Source: Bacteroidota bacterium (GTDB lineage Bacteria; Bacteroidota; Bacteroidia; NS11-12g; UBA955). Taken from it: DNA of 64,000 nucleotides. Shown piece after piece: positions 59,939 to 64,000 of the stretch (positions are counted from its first letter, which is position 1; each line of letters starts with the position of its first letter). The position numbers were made by a program, and so were the translations under genes. Below the pieces are notes generated by a model. That model searched no databases. It worked only from the letters and a program-made list of their open reading frames with translations, and was not told the DNA's origin. The DNA is taken from NCBI GenBank assembly GCA_030833525.1, contig JAURGZ010000005.1, positions 253-64,252 of the forward strand. The letters run 5' to 3'.

Positions 59939-59963
59939 GTGGGTAATTGTGGGAATTTGTGCG
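59939..59963 (+). promoter_or_regulatory. Putative MraZ operator: three direct repeats GTGGG-N5-GTGGG-N5-GTGCG upstream of mraZ
   Basis: gtgggtaattgtgggaatttgtgcg lies 31 nt upstream of the mraZ ATG. The spacing (5-nt spacers, 10-bp periodicity) matches the described MraZ-binding repeat architecture. Confidence 0.45.
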
Positions 59964-59993
59964 TTTATTTAGCAGACAGAACACCAAGGCCAA

Positions 59994-60458
59994 ATGAACG
60001 GATTGATCGGTGAGTTTAGTTGCAAATTGGACGGCAAGGGACGTTTGTCTCTACCATCCAAACTCCGCGCCCAGTGGCCGGAGAGCGCTTTGCATACGCT
60101 CGTAGTCAACCGTGGATTTGAGAAATGCCTGGTTCTGTACACCAAGGAAGATTGGCTAGCGGAAATGGAAAAGCTGAACGCCGTCGATGATTTCATGAGC
60201 CCCGAGATTCGCCGTTTCAAACGAATCTTCACCAACGGAGCCAACTTGATGAGCATCGATAGTGCCCAGCGCATTCTGATTCCCAAAAAGCTGTTGGAAT
60301 ACGCCGGTTTGGGTACCGACGTGGTCCTCAGCGCCAATGGCCGCAAAGTGGAAATTTGGGATGAGCAGTTGTACAACTCTGAATTGAACGTCGATTCGAG
60401 CGAGTTGTCCCAGTTGGCCCAGCATTTCCATCAGCAGCGCAAACCCCTGGGTGAATAG
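59994..60458 (+). CDS. mraZ: Transcriptional regulator MraZ
   Basis: Duplicated MraZ motifs KLDGKGRLSLPSKLR and SIDSAQRILIPKKLLEYAG. Confidence 0.9.
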   Translation: MNGLIGEFSCKLDGKGRLSLPSKLRAQWPESALHTLVVNRGFEKCLVLYTKEDWLAEMEKLNAVDDFMSPEIRRFKRIFTNGANLMSIDSAQRILIPKKLLEYAGLGTDVVLSANGRKVEIWDEQLYNSELNVDSSELSQLAQHFHQQRKPLGE

Positions 60459-60490
60459 TTCCCGGCAGACTTGGCGAGTCCTGTCTGCAC

Positions 60491-61411
60491 ATGATCGATT
60501 ACCACGAACCTGTTTTGCTCCGCGAAAGCGTCGAGGCCCTGATTACAGAGCCCAACGGCACCTACGTAGACCTCACCTTTGGAGGAGGCGGGCATAGCCG
60601 TGCGATCTTGGACCGCCTGGGCCCCAAAGGAAAGCTCATTTCATTCGACCAAGATGCTGACGCTGCAGCACGGGCCTTGAACGACCCCCGCTTTCAACTG
60701 GTCCAGCACAATTTTCGACACACGCGCTCCTTTTTGGAATACCTCAAGGCCGTGCCGGTAGATGGCATTTTGGCTGACCTTGGCATCTCCTCGCACCAGA
60801 TTGACGTCGACCACCGCGGCTTCGCCCATCGATTCGATGGCCCCTTGGACATGCGCATGGACCAAGATGCCGATTTCTCTGCTGCCGACTTGGTGAATCA
60901 ATACAGCGAAGCTGAACTCGCCCGCGTCTTCAAACAGTATGGCGAGATGAGCAATGCCAAGCGCTTGGCATCTGAAATTGCCCGTTACCGCAAAGCCAAG
61001 AACATCGAAAGCATCAGCGACTTCAAAACCGCCATCGAGGCTTGCACCCCCAAGCTACACCCTGCCAAATTTTACAGCCCTCTGTTTCAAGCTTTGCGCA
61101 TTGAAGTGAACCGGGAAATGGAGGCCCTGGAGCAAGTTTTGATCGACTCGGAACACCTGATTCGCGAGGGTGGAAAGTTCGTGGTCATCAGCTACCATTC
61201 GCTCGAAGATCGGCTGGTAAAAAACTACTTCAACACGGGAAATTTGGACGGAAAACGCCATACAAACCTGTATGGATGGAGCGATGAACCCTTTGATAAT
61301 GAACGCAGTAAGCCCATAGTGCCCAGCGAAGAAGAAATTGCCCGCAACAGCCGCGCCCGCAGCGCCAAAATGCGCATAGGAATACGAAAAGCATGGAAGA
61401 AAACGAACTGA
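60491..61411 (+). CDS. rsmH: 16S rRNA (cytosine1402-N4)-methyltransferase
   Basis: HEPVLLRESVEAL...YVDLTFGGGGHSRAIL and DLGISSHQID motifs. Confidence 0.9.
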   Translation: MIDYHEPVLLRESVEALITEPNGTYVDLTFGGGGHSRAILDRLGPKGKLISFDQDADAAARALNDPRFQLVQHNFRHTRSFLEYLKAVPVDGILADLGISSHQIDVDHRGFAHRFDGPLDMRMDQDADFSAADLVNQYSEAELARVFKQYGEMSNAKRLASEIARYRKAKNIESISDFKTAIEACTPKLHPAKFYSPLFQALRIEVNREMEALEQVLIDSEHLIREGGKFVVISYHSLEDRLVKNYFNTGNLDGKRHTNLYGWSDEPFDNERSKPIVPSEEEIARNSRARSAKMRIGIRKAWKKTN

Positions 61412-61749
61412 ATCAGGACCCATTTTACCCCGTAGAGGAGCCTCAAACCGAGGCCCCCGAAACTGGATTCACCATGCCCCCTACCCGGGCTTGGTTGGGC
61501 CTATTGGTATTTGGATTTGCCCTCTTGCTTTTCTACATCTACCACTCACACCATACCACCAAAGCCATTCGGACCAAACGCGATTTGAGTGCTCAACTCA
61601 AAGAGCTGCACGCCGAAAAAATCAGCTTGGAAAGCAGCGTGACCAACGCATCAAAACGAAGCGAGGTAGTGAAAAAAGTAGCGCCCACCGGTTTGAAAGA
61701 CCTGACCACCCCACCCATTAAACTGCAAAGAGACCGTGAGCGAGACTAA
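61393..61749 (+). CDS. ftsL: Cell division protein FtsL-like (single TM plus coiled-coil)
   Basis: 118 aa between rsmH and ftsI. TM AWLGLLVFGFALLLFYIY followed by helical region. Overlaps both neighbours. Confidence 0.6.
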   Translation: MEENELNQDPFYPVEEPQTEAPETGFTMPPTRAWLGLLVFGFALLLFYIYHSHHTTKAIRTKRDLSAQLKELHAEKISLESSVTNASKRSEVVKKVAPTGLKDLTTPPIKLQRDRERD

Positions 61750-63898
61750 AACCCGTAAACCCTGGAGCGTGCGCAAGGTCATGCTGGTTCGCTCGGCCTT
61801 GATCTTTGCCGTGGCCTTTTTCTTTGGAGGCTGGATCTGGATCAGCGCCGTAAAACTGCAATTCGGGAACGAAGAGTTCAGCGCCGAAGAAATGCAGCGC
61901 AACACGCGCAAGATTGTGGTCGAAGCGGTTCGCGGCAACATCTACGCCAGCGATGGAAGCTTGCTGGCCACTTCGGTGCCGCGCTATGACTTGGTGTTTG
62001 ACGCCAAAGTACAGGGCTGCCCCAATGACACCTTTGCCAAATACGTAGACAGCTTCAGTCTGCTCCTCGCCCAACTGCAAGACCGCACGTATTGGAAATT
62101 GCGAGACCGCGAACGCAAAAGCCAAAAGCAGTGGAAAGAGTATCTGTATGACTTGCGCCAACGCGGCATTCACTACCGCATTTTGCTCAAAAACTTGGGC
62201 TTCGACCAGGTGAAAGAAATCAGAGACTGGCCGCTGGTGCGTTTGGGCAAGTTCAAAGGTGGGCTCTGGTTCATCGAAGACAGCCAGCGCATGTATTTCT
62301 TGGGAGATTTGGCCAAGCGTGCGATTGGTTACAGCCGAAACGGGGTATATGTAGGTCTAGAAGGTGCTTTTGACAGCCTGCTCAGCGGGATCAATGGCGA
62401 GCGCATGGAGCAGCGCATGCCCGGTCGCATCTGGCGCCCCATCAAGTTGGACAACTTGCAAGAGCCCCAAAACGGCCACGACATCGTCACCACCTTGGAT
62501 GTGGGCATTCAAGACATTGCCCAGTTCGCCTTGAACAAGGCCCTTGAAAGCAGCCAAGCTGCCTACGGTTGCGCCGTGGTTATGGAAGTAAAAACCGGGC
62601 AAATCAAGGCCATGGCCAATTTGAAACGCGGCAGCGATGGCTTGTATTACGAGTCCCAAAACTACGCCGTTGACCAGTACGGAGAACCCGGCTCCACCTT
62701 CAAACTCTTTTCGGTTATGAGCCTCTTGGAAGATGGCTATGCCAAGTCTCAAGACAGCATCAAAGTGGGAAATGGCACGACGCGTTTCTACGACCGGGAT
62801 ATGGTTGATGATCATCCGCCGGTGAGACCCTATATGACCTTGAAAGAGGCCTTCATTCAGTCATCGAACGTGGGCATCTCGAAGTTTGTCAACAACGCTT
62901 ATAAAGGCAAGGAAGAGAAGTTCGTAGGCCGCGCCCTGGACCTGGGATTGGGTAAATCGATGGGCTTTGACATTCCCAGCCGTAACGCCCCCCGCATCAA
63001 GACTCCAGACAGCAAAAACCGCGACTGGTCAGGGACCACTTTGCCCTGGATGAGCATAGGCTATGAAAGCCAGATTTCTCCCCTTCAGACCTTGATGATG
63101 TACAATGCCATCGCCAATGGCGGCATGATGATGAAGCCCTACCTGGTGAAGGAAATTCGCCAAGACGGACGCATCATTCGCACCCAGGAGCCCACGGTGC
63201 TCAACAAGGAAATCTGCAGCCAAAAAACGGTTGACCTGCTCACCAGCATGATGATTGGGGTGGTGCAAGAAGGAACCGCCCAGGGCCTGAAAAACCCCGA
63301 TTATCTGGTAGCGGGCAAAACGGGTACATCGAAAGTCAGCAACGGCAATAACGGGTACAAGCCCGGCGCCTACAACGCCAGTTTCTGCGGCTTCTTCCCG
63401 GCCGATAACCCTCAGTATTCCATCGTGGTCATGATCAGCGAACCCAAGGGTGCCAATTACTATGGCGGCACGGTAGCGGCCCCCGTGTTCAAGGACATTG
63501 CTGATCGCATTTACGCCAGCCACATTGCCAATCAGCCTGCCCTGCGCAGCGCCACCCTACCCTCGGCTCCCGAAGTGTTGAACGGCCGCATCGAACCCAC
63601 CAAATTGATATTGAACGAACTGGGCATTAGCTCAGCCACTCAAGGCCCTGTAAAAGGAGCCTGGATCAGCGCCCAGAGTTTGGAGCACTCGGTCTCCTTG
63701 AAAAGCCTTAGCCCGGTTCAACCCGGCCTGGTACCTGAATTAACAGGCATGGGCCTCCGCGATGCCCTGAGCCTGCTGGCCCTATTGGGCGTAGAAGTCG
63801 ATTACTACGGGTTTGGACGCATCACCGGCCAGAGCCTTCCAGCCGGCATGCGTGTAAGCCCCGGTCAACGCATCACCCTCATTCTCAAACCCTACTAA
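61736..63898 (+). CDS. ftsI: Peptidoglycan D,D-transpeptidase FtsI (PBP3) with C-terminal PASTA domain
   Basis: PBP dimerisation domain. SxxK GSTFK. SxN SSN. KTG AGKTGTS. C-terminal PASTA LVPELTGMGLRDALSLL. Confidence 0.85.
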   Translation: MSETKTRKPWSVRKVMLVRSALIFAVAFFFGGWIWISAVKLQFGNEEFSAEEMQRNTRKIVVEAVRGNIYASDGSLLATSVPRYDLVFDAKVQGCPNDTFAKYVDSFSLLLAQLQDRTYWKLRDRERKSQKQWKEYLYDLRQRGIHYRILLKNLGFDQVKEIRDWPLVRLGKFKGGLWFIEDSQRMYFLGDLAKRAIGYSRNGVYVGLEGAFDSLLSGINGERMEQRMPGRIWRPIKLDNLQEPQNGHDIVTTLDVGIQDIAQFALNKALESSQAAYGCAVVMEVKTGQIKAMANLKRGSDGLYYESQNYAVDQYGEPGSTFKLFSVMSLLEDGYAKSQDSIKVGNGTTRFYDRDMVDDHPPVRPYMTLKEAFIQSSNVGISKFVNNAYKGKEEKFVGRALDLGLGKSMGFDIPSRNAPRIKTPDSKNRDWSGTTLPWMSIGYESQISPLQTLMMYNAIANGGMMMKPYLVKEIRQDGRIIRTQEPTVLNKEICSQKTVDLLTSMMIGVVQEGTAQGLKNPDYLVAGKTGTSKVSNGNNGYKPGAYNASFCGFFPADNPQYSIVVMISEPKGANYYGGTVAAPVFKDIADRIYASHIANQPALRSATLPSAPEVLNGRIEPTKLILNELGISSATQGPVKGAWISAQSLEHSVSLKSLSPVQPGLVPELTGMGLRDALSLLALLGVEVDYYGFGRITGQSLPAGMRVSPGQRITLILKPY

Positions 63899-63902
63899 GC
63901 CA

Positions 63903-64000
63903 TGAAAACCCTGCAAGAACTATTGGAACGCACCGTGGGAATCGTCTTAGAGGGTTCGGCCCAAACCGCTGTGGCCGATTTGAACATCGACAGCCGACGC
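63903..64000 (+). CDS. murE: UDP-N-acetylmuramoyl-tripeptide ligase MurE, N-terminal fragment (continues beyond window)
   Basis: MKTLQELLERTVGIVLEGSAQTAVADLNIDSRR matches the MurE N-terminus in its conserved position after ftsI. Confidence 0.6.

Noticed and set aside
1-64000. Search for mobile elements, CRISPR arrays, tRNA/rRNA/tmRNA/RNase P RNA
   Set aside because: No transposase, integrase or phage-like proteins. No spacer-repeat arrays. No noncoding gap exceeds ~275 nt. No tRNA T-loop/acceptor signatures were seen by eye. A covariance-model scan would be needed to exclude small RNAs.

Overview
This 64 kb window is core chromosome from a Bacteroidota genome, probably Cytophagia-like. The taxonomy is an inference from three things: several proteins end in type-A T9SS C-terminal sorting domains, there are tandem OmpH/Skp genes, and lipoprotein and signal-peptide style match.

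Coding density is high, at about 60 CDS. Many neighbouring genes overlap by 1-8 nt, in ATGA or TGATG style, which suggests translational coupling.

Recognisable content, in window order:
- Cell envelope and redox: a LysM peptidoglycan hydrolase, dsbD, gmhA, a TlpA-like thioredoxin and an Omp85-M48-NlpC/P60 module.
- A carotenoid module crtZ-crtI-crtB, plus a separate CruF-like membrane protein about 5 kb away.
- DNA repair and peptidoglycan: radA, uvrC, murB, murI.
- Ribosomal and RNase P operons: rpsF-rpsR-rplI and rpmH-rnpA-yidD. rpmH is under 60 aa, so it is missing from the supplied ORF track.
- Single-copy core genes: metG, clpC, dnaB, htrA, dapF, lipA.
- An ECF sigma/anti-sigma pair.
- The start of the dcw cluster: mraZ-rsmH-ftsL-ftsI-murE.

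I found no tRNA, rRNA, CRISPR, transposase, integrase or phage genes. This reads as an ordinary core region, not an accessory island.

The things most worth a second look:
1. A tightly coupled minus-strand operon, TrmH-like methyltransferase -> 1114-aa transmembrane, Gln-rich coiled-coil protein of unknown function -> DCC-family thiol-disulfide oxidoreductase -> metG.
2. A LuxE/PaaK-like adenylating enzyme convergent with an MMPL/RND exporter. They are separated by three degenerate copies of a ~62-nt tandem repeat.
3. A minimal protein consisting of a signal peptide plus T9SS CTD only, co-operonic with a GNAT acetyltransferase and a rhomboid protease.
4. Three GTGGG direct repeats with 5-nt spacers upstream of mraZ, matching the MraZ operator architecture.
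5. Translationally coupled crtZ/crtI, where a GTG start follows an AGGAGG in the crtZ codons.

Every functional call is from motif recognition by eye. No database search was possible.
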